DNA of 62,388 bases, filler included, from Nemertoderma westbladi (GCA_032718475.1; 4 parts of 4 records of this genome joined end to end with filler, not necessarily neighbours in it); one strand, 5' to 3'. Shown: positions 50,380 through 61,916, counted from the first letter of the whole stretch. The notes: a model not told the origin generated them from the sequence alone. Made by a program: numbers and translations.

Positions 50380-51414
50380 GGCCAGTCACTAGACTAGCCT
50401 TAGTTAACACGCTAACACTCGGGTCCCCAATGCGACAAGGTGAGCTGACTGCCTTGTCAGATAAGCTTTCGCTTTCTCGTAGCGCATTGGGTATTCAAGA
50501 GCTCCGAATGCAGACTGGACAGACTGATGGGGTTCTGATTAAGGACATGGGGTCGGTTGGCGACTCGCCCTCGCGTCAGCAGATGATAGTGGCAATGGTG
50601 CATTTGTGTCTACTGTTGACGTTTACACAGAACCATCTGGACCATCTGCCCTTATTATATAGTCTTGTGTAGCAACCATCAATTCGGTGTTCAAGTGATT
50701 TTGTCAGTACTGAACTTTGAAACTTTGAAAGTCCTCAGCAAGTCTCTGATCGGATTAGCATAAGCTCAGAGGATGGTATGCTTGAGCATGTGGATGACTT
50801 CTGTTACCTGGGATCATGGATCCGGAAGTCAGGTGAGGACCTTCGAATACGTAAGGGAAAGGCATTGGCAGCCTTGAATATACTTTCCAGGATTTAGAAG
50901 TCACCGAGAATTAATCGTAAACTTAAGGTCCGATTATTTAGAGCAGCAGTAGTTCCAGTACTCCTCTATGGGAGTCCATGATGGGCTCTAACTGCTGAGG
51001 ACACCAAATCTCTGGATGGCACATTCACAAGAATTCTACGCCGGGTTTATTGTGTCAAGTACAATGCACACATCTTCAACGAGACACTATATTTACATTG
51101 GAGGTGTCTCATTGGTTCCCCCAAGCTTGACGCTAGAACAAAGTCGCCTCCGCTTTGCAGGACATTGCTTTCGCCGTGAGGACCGGCCAGTGCATAATCT
51201 TGTACTTTGGCAGCCCCATGGAGTGAATAAGCATGGTGGACAGCCCATGACTTAGCCCATGACTTTCTTGAGACGCATCTTAAAGGACTCTGGCCTTGAA
51301 GATGCGGATGATCTAGCAAATGTCATGGGTGATAGGGAGTTGTGGCGGTGCAATTTTGTGGACAAGCCGGCACAGCATTCTTAAAAATGCAGCTGCAATG
51401 TAGCATGCCGATCC

Positions 51415-51638
51415 GGGTCAGAGTAAAACGCGGATCCGGATCTGGATCCGGATTCTACATCTAACATTGTCCCTACGGAAGTCGATTTTTTTACATTTTT
51501 ATAACTGCCAAAAATAAAACTATAACCTGTTCTATTGACTTTAGTTTATTGTTTTGGTTAAAATAACGTGCCACTGTAACCTGCTCCTTTCCCTTAATTG
51601 ATAATTTTGGAATCCGGATCCGTGTTTTACACCTACCC
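51415..51638. mobile_element. MULE-type MITE inserted in the RTE 3' UTR
   Basis: 9-bp TSD TGCCGATCC (51406-51414, 51639-51647); imperfect TIR GGGT...GTAAAAC.CGGATCCGGA. Confidence 0.85.
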
Positions 51639-51849
51639 TGCCGATCCTAGTAGTAGTAGTAGTAGTCAGCACTGAAGGGGGGGGGGGGGGGGGGGGGGGG
51701 AAGAAAGGGAGGGTTTCTAGGCGTATCCGTATACTCATTCTTTTCACGAGAATTTCTTTTCACGCAGTTCACCAATAATCACTTTCACCCTATGATATGT
51801 TTGGCGGGTATCATTGAGGTAAACAATAATACGAAATAGCGGAAGGTTT

Positions 51850-52217
51850 TCATTTCAGACATTTCTGAAATGTTTTGTCCTCTATTGGCAGACTGGAGCA
51901 CTGTAGACATATTAGTCTTCATTGAAAGACCCAGTTAATGGTCTAGTACATATCTGCAGCTTGAACGGATTTCAAGTTAAAGAAGAATTTGAGGACATTT
52001 TTATGTTTAGACTTGTAGCCCTCTAGCTTGAGACTATTGAACTGATGGTCTCTGATTCTGAAATTCTCTCAAAAATCTCAACTTTGGGTGCTGTTGATGT
52101 GTACAAATTTTCAACTCGACAATCTAAATCCAACAAATTTATTAGCATGTCAAAATCGTAACGACAACGACGACGACAACTATTTCCTAAAATTCCAACT
52201 TCGCGGTTCGCCCCACA
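51850..52217. mobile_element. Partial copy of the 12745-14051 HINE-like family
   Basis: One diverged core unit, GAC repeats and the CCAACTTCGCGGTTCGCCCCACA end. Confidence 0.7.
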
Positions 52218-52565
52218 AAAACACGTATAGCCACATTCAACATTTCAATAATTATAACTAGAGTTTGTTGTTAAAGTTGTTTGCAGATATTTGATACTTT
52301 CATGGATAATATTTTAGTTTACGTTTCTTTTTTACATATAATTTAACAAAAATGCTAAGAAAATTTCCGATGTTTTTGGATTGTTGAAAGGAAATTAAAT
52401 AGACATTTTCCTTGCTTTCCATTTGGGATATTTCCACAGCGCGGGTTTCGCAAGTCTTGCATAAATTAATCGATTTCCTTTCCGTGACTGACCCTATCTT
52501 TATTTTTATTCACATGATATGAGCCAAAACGCATTACTATATTATGTGTGTTGAGGCCGGATGTG

Positions 52566-52665
52566 NNNNNNNNNNNNNNNNNNNNNNNNNNNNNNNNNNN
52601 NNNNNNNNNTTAATTAATTAANNNNNNNNNNNNNNNNNNNNNNNNNNNNNNNNNNNNNNNNNNNN
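52566..52665. other. Assembly spacer (N44-TTAATTAATTAA-N44)
   Basis: Same linker as the other gaps. Confidence 0.97.
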
Positions 52666-52699
52666 TTTTCAACAGTATCGGATTAGTTGCTGTTGGATT

Positions 52700-53300
52700 T
52701 ATCACCCACACACAATAATAAAGATTCAGACCCCTCACAGCCACATAAAATAATAAAGATTACTAACCATCACAGCCACATAAAATAATAAAGATTAGTA
52801 ACCATCACACCCACACACAAATAAAGATTACTAACCATCACAGCCACATAAAATAATAAAAATTACTACCCCTCACAGCCACATAAAATATTAAAGATTA
52901 CTAACCCTCACAGCCACATAAAATAATAAAAAGTAACTAACCCTCACACCCACACACAATAATAAAGATTATTAACCATCACACCCACACACAAATAAAG
53001 ATTACTAACCCTCACAGCCACACACAATAATAAAGATTCAGACCCCTCACAGCCACATAAAATAATAAAGATTACTAACCATCACAGCCACACACAATAA
53101 TAAAGATTACTAACCCTCACACCCACACACAATAATAAAGATTACTAACCATCATACCCACACACAATAATAAAGATTACTAACCCTCACACCCACACAC
53201 AATAATAAAGATTACTAACCATCACACCCACACACAATAATAAAGATTACTAACCATCACAGCCACACACAATAATAAAGATCACTAACCATCACACAGA
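52700..53300 (+). repeat. ~35-bp AC-rich minisatellite (CACA(G/C)CCACA(T/C)A(A/C)AATAATAAAGATTACTAACC(A/C)T)n
   Basis: Directly visible, about 17 units. Confidence 0.93.
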
Positions 53301-54880
53301 ACTGAATGATTAACTAATCAATTCAAGACTTATAATCAATCTATCACTTTATATGATTACAGGTCTTCTATAATCCGAACGTCGTTAAAGATTTTAATAG
53401 AGACGGGAACTAACTATTGCGCTTATATTTTGTCTGTGATACAATTTTGTTATATATTTATAGTGTGGTCTGTCATTCATCCCGCTCGGGATGTATATTA
53501 CTAAATTCATAACTATGTCATACATTTGGTATTTTTATTAGATAATTATGTTAACTGAACTTTGTAGCGAATTATCACGCGTAAAAAATTAATTTTAGCG
53601 CGCAAAAAATTATTACGCACATTTATTTCAGGAGGTTTATTCGAACTGGTTGCGCGGGAATTTCGGGGAAATTTCATTTCGCCAATAATTATTTTTTGCG
53701 CGTAATAATTCGCTGCATTTAAAATAATTATCGAATAAAAATACCAAATAATGTATGCCATAGAAAACATTATTATTATTATCTTATTGTGACTGTAATC
53801 TTATTAATTTCCAATAAGACTTGGAGTAACTAAATTTATTCGAAAATGTGAAGATTTAAGTAAAATAAAGGGCCATCTTCACCGCAATGAGTAATAATTA
53901 TTAGCCGAGAATCCTCTATACCCCCAACGATCCACCTCATGATGCTTATAATTAGTACAAAAGAATAAGGTGTGTTTTACTTTTATATCAGTTCATTGTG
54001 TATTTTACAAAAATACAATATAATACAACGATAGATAGGAAGTTAAATTAGTATTCGTTAGCAAGATAATATATCCAACCCGCCATATTAATAGATGTTT
54101 AATATGAGTTGAGAATAGTATAAAATACATTATATTTAATAGAGTCGGCTTCTCTTACATACAAATGGCGTAGTTCGCGAAAAAGTGAAAATATGAGATA
54201 ACCGTGTAGATAAGTAATATTAATCGTCCTAATTAATGCCATAAAGAATCACTTTATAGGATGGCGAGAGTCACTTTATATGATGACCAACAGAGTACGT
54301 AAATAGTTCTAGTACACGTGGTTCAAACTGTTGATATAATTTTATAACTGGTTTAACTGTGACATAAACGTTTCGGTCTAATTGTTGATAGCCAGACCAA
54401 TTCATATTGGCATCAGCACAATCTACCAAATAAAGTTAAAATTCATAATTATTTAACAATTTCTGTAGTAGAAGTGTGTACGGGTACGGGTACAGCTAAC
54501 GAATTATATGATATAACTACCATGAAGGATTCATTTACAAAAAGCACAGAAACACTGCGAAACTAAAAACTGGTTTGTGGTGCGATATGGTAATTGCGTA
54601 TAGAACACTCCAAATGCGATCATTACAAGCCAAGTAGTTCAACTTAGCACAGCAACAAGAGTATTATTAATATTAAAGATACATAATAAAAATAACAAGG
54701 TAATGTAATATATTTTTATAAGAATGATATTGAATCTCCTCGAAAAATATAAACGTTGAGGGTTAAATGGCCCACTCGACCGGTCCTTGATCTGATCTCA
54801 TCTCATCAATGATCAGAGACTACAATCATTGCACGCAGGCGACAATAACTGAACTGGTACATGAGTACCGAGAGTCGGGT

Positions 54881-57800
54881 TCACTTGCGTCTCACCTTCT
54901 TACTGACACCGCCTCCACCACCACCGGGCCGCTTCCTTCCTCTGTCCATCGCGTTTCTCGTATCTTCCTCCTCTTCCACCACTCTATCTGCCGACTTGGC
55001 TTCCTTCTCTAACTGATCCCAATCCTTCCCACTTTCCTCTTCGCTTCCGGTGGACACCGATCCTTCCGACTCACTCTCCGGCACTCCGCTCGAGTCCCAC
55101 TCGGAATCCTCGGAATCCCCACCGGATCCGGACTCGGAATCCCCATCCGAATCCGCCTCCGAGGGGGCGTACGCTTCATCCTCGTCCGAATCGTCGTCGT
55201 CGTCGTCATCGGAACTATCCGGATCCAGGAAACTCCAACCCCCGTTGTCGAAGAAGTCCTGAGGGTCCGTGGTGATTGTCTTCATTATCTTTGGCCAGTT
55301 AAGAGATTGGACCCCCTCCGTGTATTTAATGTCGCAACTGTTCAACCACTCCTTAATCGCATCCAATGACGTCATAGGAATGGAGGTGACCTGGGCAATC
55401 TTTTTGGAGTAATCCTTGAAGATGATAACTAAGTCGAAGTTCTTGAGCTGGAAACTGACTCGCTCGAAATGAATCAACTCGATTGAATCCAGAGTGACAA
55501 CGAAAGGCGGCCATTCGGTGACGCTGATCAGGCAGCTACTGGTGGGCTGGATGAGAGAGGTGGACCTCCCAGGGACACCGAAGAAGGAGAGGTCCCGGAA
55601 GGGAACCTCGAACTCCAGTTCGCCCTTTGTAAGACCTTCGACCTTCTCGATGAATCCCTGGAAGGCGCGTTTTAATTTGTGCCGAAGCTCCCGTTCGGCC
55701 TGCTCGGCATATAGATCGTCGCGATCCCGCATGTGTTGATGTTTCCCTAAGTCCGTGGTCAACTCCCCCACCTCCGTGTAAAACTGAAGGTCCGTATTTT
55801 TCTTCTTGCCAAAGAGAATCGCGTTCTTGAGGTGGAAATGGAGTAGAATAATGAGTTCCTTATCGCAGGGTTGGAATATCGCGTGCTTGATGTTAGTGTA
55901 GAGGAAGTCGACCTTGTCCCCACGGATGGTTGTGTAGCGGAACCCGTTGGTGTGAGCCTCGAGGGATCCTTGGAGACGCTTAGAGACTATGTTCGGACGG
56001 ATGTAGAGGTCTTTAAGACGAGCATTCCCTTTGCCGTGGGAGAGAATGAGGTTGTCCTGCTTTACGATGCCTTCCTTTTCGCGATCTTCTGCTTCTCTTG
56101 TCCGGAACTTCTTCTGTATATCCTTGATGAGTCGGAATGCGGTGTTGAGGTTGGTGGCGGCGATGTTAGACTCATTGGCCACTTTGACGTTGGAGCTACG
56201 GTAAGTCAACTCCTTCATGTATGGGACATCCTGATCAATCTGAGTTGGGACCCCAATCGAAGAACCCGGAGTAAAGAAGTTAATCCGCAGGTAGACGTAG
56301 TCGCCCTCGACGCTCTGACTCACGTTTTTGATGTTGCTGATGTGGTAGGGAGTTGGGATACCGAAGATGGGGATTATAATAGACTCGTACTTCTTGTCCA
56401 CGAACAACTTGAGGTCACGGATGTCTGGCTCCTTGGGTATGGAACTGATGTTCCTGTAGGAGACGTTAGAACGTTTCTTTGCCGGCTCCCTCTCCTTCTC
56501 CGTTTGGTTCTCCAACAACCGTCGTCGAGCTTCCTCGTTTATTTTTTCCGCCAACTCGCGTTGCTTCTCTTTACGTTTATCCTCGTTGGTTAATTCCATC
56601 CGCGTTCGCTGTTCGAGGACCGTAGCTCGTCTTCCTCTACCAAGAAGCTCCTCTTCATTCTCTTTATCATCTTCGTCTTCACCATCGTCTTCATTAAAGA
56701 TTATAGAGACGCTCTTTGCTTTCTTCTTTACTTGAGTGAGCAACGTTGGTTGATCATCTTTGGTTACAAACAAGGTGTCTCCGACATACAAGGCATATTT
56801 CTTAGCAGCATCATCGTCAGCCTCAGGGTTATCGAGACCAGAGAATCCGACGTTTACCGAGATGACCATCCCTGCCTTCACCTTGCATTCGTTTCTCGCA
56901 TTTATCACTGACGCATTGTCCCGGAACTCTGTACCGATCACAAACCCGAGGTTCTTGGTCATTTTATCAACAAGTTGTGGACGATTCGATTGCTTTACTT
57001 TGTGTAGCGCAGTGTCCCATAACGAGGAGAAGGCAACTCCGGGTTTCGCCTTTGCGATAACTGCTTCATGGACCTCCAGCAACAATCCGTAAACGATAAG
57101 CTGTTCCTCGGTCGGGTTCACCAATAGAGTTCGCACCAGGTTGCTGCAGTAGTACTTGTACCGACAACCGAGCATAGTAACGATACAACCGAAGTGGAGT
57201 TTATCATTATCCGAGACCACGCTGAACTTGAGGTTGTAGTTGCCGCCACTCTGGACGATTGGGGGATAACAGGCCTCAATATCGTCAGGATTGCAGCCCA
57301 ACATGTACTTTTTATCATCGAATGCGTGTTCTATACTACTCGCGATCTTCTTGTGCTTCACCTTCTGATCGTGGTCCACTAACTCCATTAAATGATCCTT
57401 AACGAACTTGTTATAAATCTCTGAAGTTATTTGAGCCGCTTTTTTAATTATTTCCACCTCTTCAGTGTCTTTAACAGCGAGAAGACCAGCAATAAATACT
57501 GTAATATCAGTTGTTTTAAATTTTCGCTTGACATTCTCGTCAAAAGATTCACAGAATTGACCTTTAAAGTTGTCCTTCATACAAACTCCAATAACTGAAC
57601 CATTATTGCTGTCTTTAACTTCTCGAACTACTTTAGCGAATGTCTCTGTATTATCTGTTTTATCTCGAGTAAGCAAAACAATACTGGGAAGATTAGCGGT
57701 GCTAGACTGCCCTGCAACTGGTTTTAGAAACTCTTGTTTTTTCTTACTCGTCACAAAAATAACTTGGTTATCACAGAATACGATAGCGGTATCGCTAAGC

Positions 57801-57979
57801 TCATAACCGCACAGCCACAACTGCAAGCTGATGGTTTTCGCGTAAGCTACGTCGTCCGATGGCCCCATACAGAAGGATAGCGCATCAACCTTGCTGTAAT
57901 TGGAAGAATCGCGCCATTCATCGTACAATCGCTTTAAACGCCTCACAAATTGGTCTTTGTTAACAATAGGAACGGACAT
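54881..57979 (-). CDS. SPT16: FACT complex subunit SPT16, single-exon CDS, 1032 aa
   Basis: All domains present: peptidase-like N-terminus (LQLWL.GYEL.DT, YPPIVQSGG.Y.LK, GCRYKYYCSN), dimerisation domain (PYHISNIKNVS, YLRINF), middle domain (LEAHTNGFRY, QFYTEV, HFERV.F.LKNFD), acidic tail (GGWSFL...GKDW..LE) and basic C-terminus. Confidence 0.98.
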   Translation of the reverse strand: MSVPIVNKDQFVRRLKRLYDEWRDSSNYSKVDALSFCMGPSDDVAYAKTISLQLWLCGYELSDTAIVFCDNQVIFVTSKKKQEFLKPVAGQSSTANLPSIVLLTRDKTDNTETFAKVVREVKDSNNGSVIGVCMKDNFKGQFCESFDENVKRKFKTTDITVFIAGLLAVKDTEEVEIIKKAAQITSEIYNKFVKDHLMELVDHDQKVKHKKIASSIEHAFDDKKYMLGCNPDDIEACYPPIVQSGGNYNLKFSVVSDNDKLHFGCIVTMLGCRYKYYCSNLVRTLLVNPTEEQLIVYGLLLEVHEAVIAKAKPGVAFSSLWDTALHKVKQSNRPQLVDKMTKNLGFVIGTEFRDNASVINARNECKVKAGMVISVNVGFSGLDNPEADDDAAKKYALYVGDTLFVTKDDQPTLLTQVKKKAKSVSIIFNEDDGEDEDDKENEEELLGRGRRATVLEQRTRMELTNEDKRKEKQRELAEKINEEARRRLLENQTEKEREPAKKRSNVSYRNISSIPKEPDIRDLKLFVDKKYESIIIPIFGIPTPYHISNIKNVSQSVEGDYVYLRINFFTPGSSIGVPTQIDQDVPYMKELTYRSSNVKVANESNIAATNLNTAFRLIKDIQKKFRTREAEDREKEGIVKQDNLILSHGKGNARLKDLYIRPNIVSKRLQGSLEAHTNGFRYTTIRGDKVDFLYTNIKHAIFQPCDKELIILLHFHLKNAILFGKKKNTDLQFYTEVGELTTDLGKHQHMRDRDDLYAEQAERELRHKLKRAFQGFIEKVEGLTKGELEFEVPFRDLSFFGVPGRSTSLIQPTSSCLISVTEWPPFVVTLDSIELIHFERVSFQLKNFDLVIIFKDYSKKIAQVTSIPMTSLDAIKEWLNSCDIKYTEGVQSLNWPKIMKTITTDPQDFFDNGGWSFLDPDSSDDDDDDDSDEDEAYAPSEADSDGDSESGSGGDSEDSEWDSSGVPESESEGSVSTGSEEESGKDWDQLEKEAKSADRVVEEEEDTRNAMDRGRKRPGGGGGGVSKKVRRK

Positions 57980-58292
57980 TGTAATGAAGTGAACCCACTG
58001 CTACAGTGCTACACTGGTAGCGGCACCGGTATGTGCTGATGTCGTGGATGTGGTTCCGCTACCGTAGTTGCACTCCGAACTACACCGTCGGAAAGTCAAA
58101 CCCAGAAATGCTCTGAGATCCTGGCATCCAGGCTAGTACAGTAGTATCATAAAATAAATAACAGACAGCAGGTACGGTACCGGTAGTTCTGTAGTTACCG
58201 ACCGCTACTTACAATTCAACCGAAAATAAACATTAGGCCCACATGACTATGAGGTAGGATCCGGTAGCTGTACATGCTGACATTGGACATGT

Positions 58293-59111
58293 CAGTTGGG
58301 GAAAGATGCTTATTTAGGCAGTCCGGTCGGGTCGGACTTCCTAATTAAGAACCGAGCTGCCTATATAGGCAGTTTTCGTCGTTTTTTGCGATAAATTTGA
58401 TGATTTAAACCACTTAAACGCAAATTGGCATATGAAGAATTTTACGTAATTGAGATACACCTGTCACTCAACTACTGAGAAAAAATTAGAAAAATCCATC
58501 TAAGCTTCTTTGATCTATTATCAATATAAGATTTACAGTTCTAGTATAATTACCAGTGGCTACAAATCACATGGCCGCGAGGCCTAAATAGGAAAATTTT
58601 CAAGGATGTCAGGTTCCTAAATAAGAAGTTCGATGTATCCTGGTATCTATAAGATATTCGCGGTTCCTAAATAAGAAGCTTACTACACATACACATCATC
58701 TTTTAAATAAGAAGCTAACATTCTAAAATAGGCAGTTCGAATAAAAAATTCCAAGCAAAACGAGGGCGAACTGCCTATTTAAGCACCACGTTCTGACGTT
58801 ATCAATGCTGGTGTTATTATTTTAGGCACCACAGTCATGGGATTTTCAGCCATTGGCAAATAAACTGAAACTGTCAATCTTATATTGATAATAGATCAAA
58901 GAAGCTTAGATAGATTTTTCTAATTTTTTCTCAGTAGTTGAGTGACAGGTATATCTCTAATATGTAAAATTCTTCATATGCCAATTTTCGTTTAAGTGGT
59001 TTAAATCATCAAATTTATCCCAAAAAATGACGAAAACTGCCTATATAGGCAGCTCGGTTCTTATTTAGGAAGTCCGACCGGACTGCCTAAATAAGCATCT
59101 TTCCCCAACTG
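58293..59111. mobile_element. Long-TIR MITE with CAG/CTG ends and 5-bp TSD
   Basis: TIRs of about 235 bp beginning CAGTTGGGGAAAGATGCTTATTTAGGCAG; TSD CATGT (58288-58292, 59112-59116). Confidence 0.9.
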
Positions 59112-59435
59112 CATGTAGGCCTACTGATTTACATTGTTGTACATACTGACATAAGTAGGCCTACCTATCTGCCTGTACAGCTGTAGGCTGTAGCCGTAGC
59201 TGTAGCTGAACGAACGTCGAACATGTCCAGAAGTAATACGGTAGGCCTATGACTGTCCCCTCTATATATATGTACCTATCTGCCTATGACCGACAAACAA
59301 GATGAGACATACCAGCATACCGGTTAACCGGTAGGCCTATCACTAGGCCTAGGGGTATACAGGTATATCAATAGGCTTACTGCATTAACTGCAATAGGCC
59401 CCCTACAGCCCTACTGTCTGACTGTCCTAGTCAAT

Positions 59436-60422
59436 GGTTCCCCGGCTTTATATCATAGAGCACCTTAAATCCTGAACGAACTTAGATCTTGGGTGAACAT
59501 AGATCCTTCCCATGCGAACGTAGATCCTTACCATACGAACTTAGACCCTTCCCATACGAACTTAGATCCTTCCCATACGAACTTAGATCCTTCCCATACG
59601 AACTTAGATCCTTCCCATATGAACTTAGATCCTCAACATACGTAACTTAGATCCCACCTTGCATATATTGCTGTACCGTATAGCTGTGTTAATGTGAAAT
59701 GTCATTCCCATAGGCCAGCAGACCTTACTGTAAATATTATCACGCTGGAAGGGAAGCGAACTTAGATCCACCCACCAATACATTGCAATGAATTAGCTCT
59801 TAATTGGCAAATTATAGTTTGTTGGTGAGTCACTGATCGCAACTACTTTGAGTGTATTATTTGCATTAGATCATTATAAGTACTTAGTTATAAGCTTAAT
59901 GAAACACAGTACAATACACTATAATATCGATAGAACGCGGCCAACGCACAGTACACGTGGGATCTAAGTTCGCTTCTCCTCTAGCGTGTGCTAAGGAATT
60001 TGTATAAATTGGGATCTAAGTCCACCTAAGATATAAGTTCGCTTCGCTTTCAACGTGGGATCTAAGTTCGCTTCGCGACTAGCATGATGATTACCAAAGG
60101 CTTTTAATAGCATACATTGGGATCTAAGTTCACCTAGTTTGGATCTAAGTTCACCTAGGTAGGATCTAAGTTCACCCAGGTAGGATCTAAGTTCACCTAG
60201 TTAGGATCTAAGTTCACCCAGGTAGGATCTAAGTTCACCTAGTTAGGATCTAAATTCACCTAGTTAGGATCTAAGTTCACCCAGATAGGACCTAAGTTCG
60301 GAAAGATCTAAGTTCATCAAAGTCAGACCTTGCAGGATCTAAGTTCACCCAGATAGGACCAAAGTTCGGAAACATCTAAGTTCATCAAAGTCAGACCTTG
60401 CAGGATCTAAGTTCGTTTTACC
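59436..60422. mobile_element. MULE/foldback-type element with tandem GAACTTAGATCC subterminal arrays
   Basis: 9-bp TSD CTAGTCAAT (59427-59435, 60423-60431); GG...CC termini; forward repeats at 59478-59770 and inverted repeats at 59959-60414. Confidence 0.8.
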
Positions 60423-60981
60423 CTAGTCAATTGGTTGCGTTGATACCGACAGTGCAATACTGCAATAGCAATTTCTGATACCGCATGCAATGCAATAATC
60501 CAATAGAATAACTCGGGTTAAGCGGTCTTCGATCAGGAGTTGAGCTATTGAGTATCGCCTTCCTGCCTTCTATCGGTATGACGGCAGCCCTTATTTGTGA
60601 TAATCATTGCCATTAATCATAATACAGTAATAATAAATCATAATAATCATAATCAAACTTTTCAGATTTCCGAAATTTAAACAGGGTGTTTCTAACTGTC
60701 TAGCAGTTTCCAGGTGAAATATAACGACCTGCAGGAAGTTTTGTTAATTATGGCAGTATGGAAACTACAGTACAAATAATTAATTAAACTTAATTCAGAC
60801 TTGCCGACAATAAAATGCAGATATGATTAATAAATTGCTGGTGGCTGGGCTGCATATCAATGTAATCAATATTCTACAGTATATTGAGTTTTTAATGTGA
60901 TTAAAAGAAATAAAACTAAACTAAACTAAACTAAACTAGTAGGCGAAGCCTTTGTAGAAATCAGTATTCAGAATGTCTTAA

Positions 60982-61501
60982 TGTGGGGCTAGCCACGTAA
61001 GTCCAGGTGAGCCTTAGCGTAAGAGTATAATTAGTGGACCCGTCTGTCGTCGTAGTCGTCGCAAATTTTGGAACGCTAATAAGTCTGTAAGTCGGCCTAT
61101 CTTTGATGAAATGGAACCAAACTTGGCACACATGTACTCTATCAAAAGTTTATAAATTTAACAGAGAGACAGACTTCGGTAGTCTGACTGCCGCTAGGGG
61201 GCGAATTGGCAGGAACATAAAGGTAGATGTACTGTAATATTATACTGTTATAGAATCAAACATCAGATTCATCTGAAAATTGGTGGGAGTGACCTTCGGC
61301 GCTACGGGCATTGCTGAATAAGGAAATTCGACTCACAGAGGACTTCCACAGTTCCTCTGTCTGTCGCTAGGGGGGGGGGGGGGCGAATGACCAAGTCCAC
61401 CCCACTAACTGTACCTCTACACTCTACACAAAGGCTCATCAGGACTTACGTGCTGCGCGAAGTCCCCACGTACGTGTACCAGTGCTGCGCGAAGTCCCCA
61501 C
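60982..61501. mobile_element. HINE-like element (opposite orientation to 12745-14051)
   Basis: TGTGGGGCTAGCCACGTAAGT...(GTC)n...ACTTACGTGCTGCGCGAAGTCCCCAC; the terminal ~32 bp is tandemly duplicated. Confidence 0.6.
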
Positions 61502-61916
61502 GTACGTGTACCAGTACTGCGGTAGTGTAATATAGTTTTTACTACATCTGATACGCTAATTGGCTTAGGGGCACCTAAATTTGTATAGTTATAGTACACC
61601 TCGGAACGGTCAATCTGTATAGGTCTTGACGAAAATATAAGGGTGCAACTTTCATACAATATCGATTCCTTTTCGGGAATAGTATTCCAAATCGTATCTA
61701 CACGGCTACGAAAATGACGTGTTTCCAGTTGTTTCGGCTTTCTAGCATGTTAAACTGTATGTACCGGTCCCATGGGCCCCGTGTCGAATCTGATTTAACT
61801 TAGGCCTAAGCATTTTGCATGACAATTCTCTCGCATCTCATCTGGACCAATCAAGAAACAGTATTAGCCTACGCGTATGCATACACGTATGTCAAATCGA
61901 TCAATGCAATGTATAG

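Larger units (their letters stand above)
49897..51665 (+). mobile_element. Multiply deleted RTE copy C with nested insertions
   Basis: 5' UTR matches 30978 onward; APE N-terminus (VNTLTL...LGIQELR); RT 3' part at 50715-51384; (TAG)n tail at 51648-51665. Confidence 0.88.
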
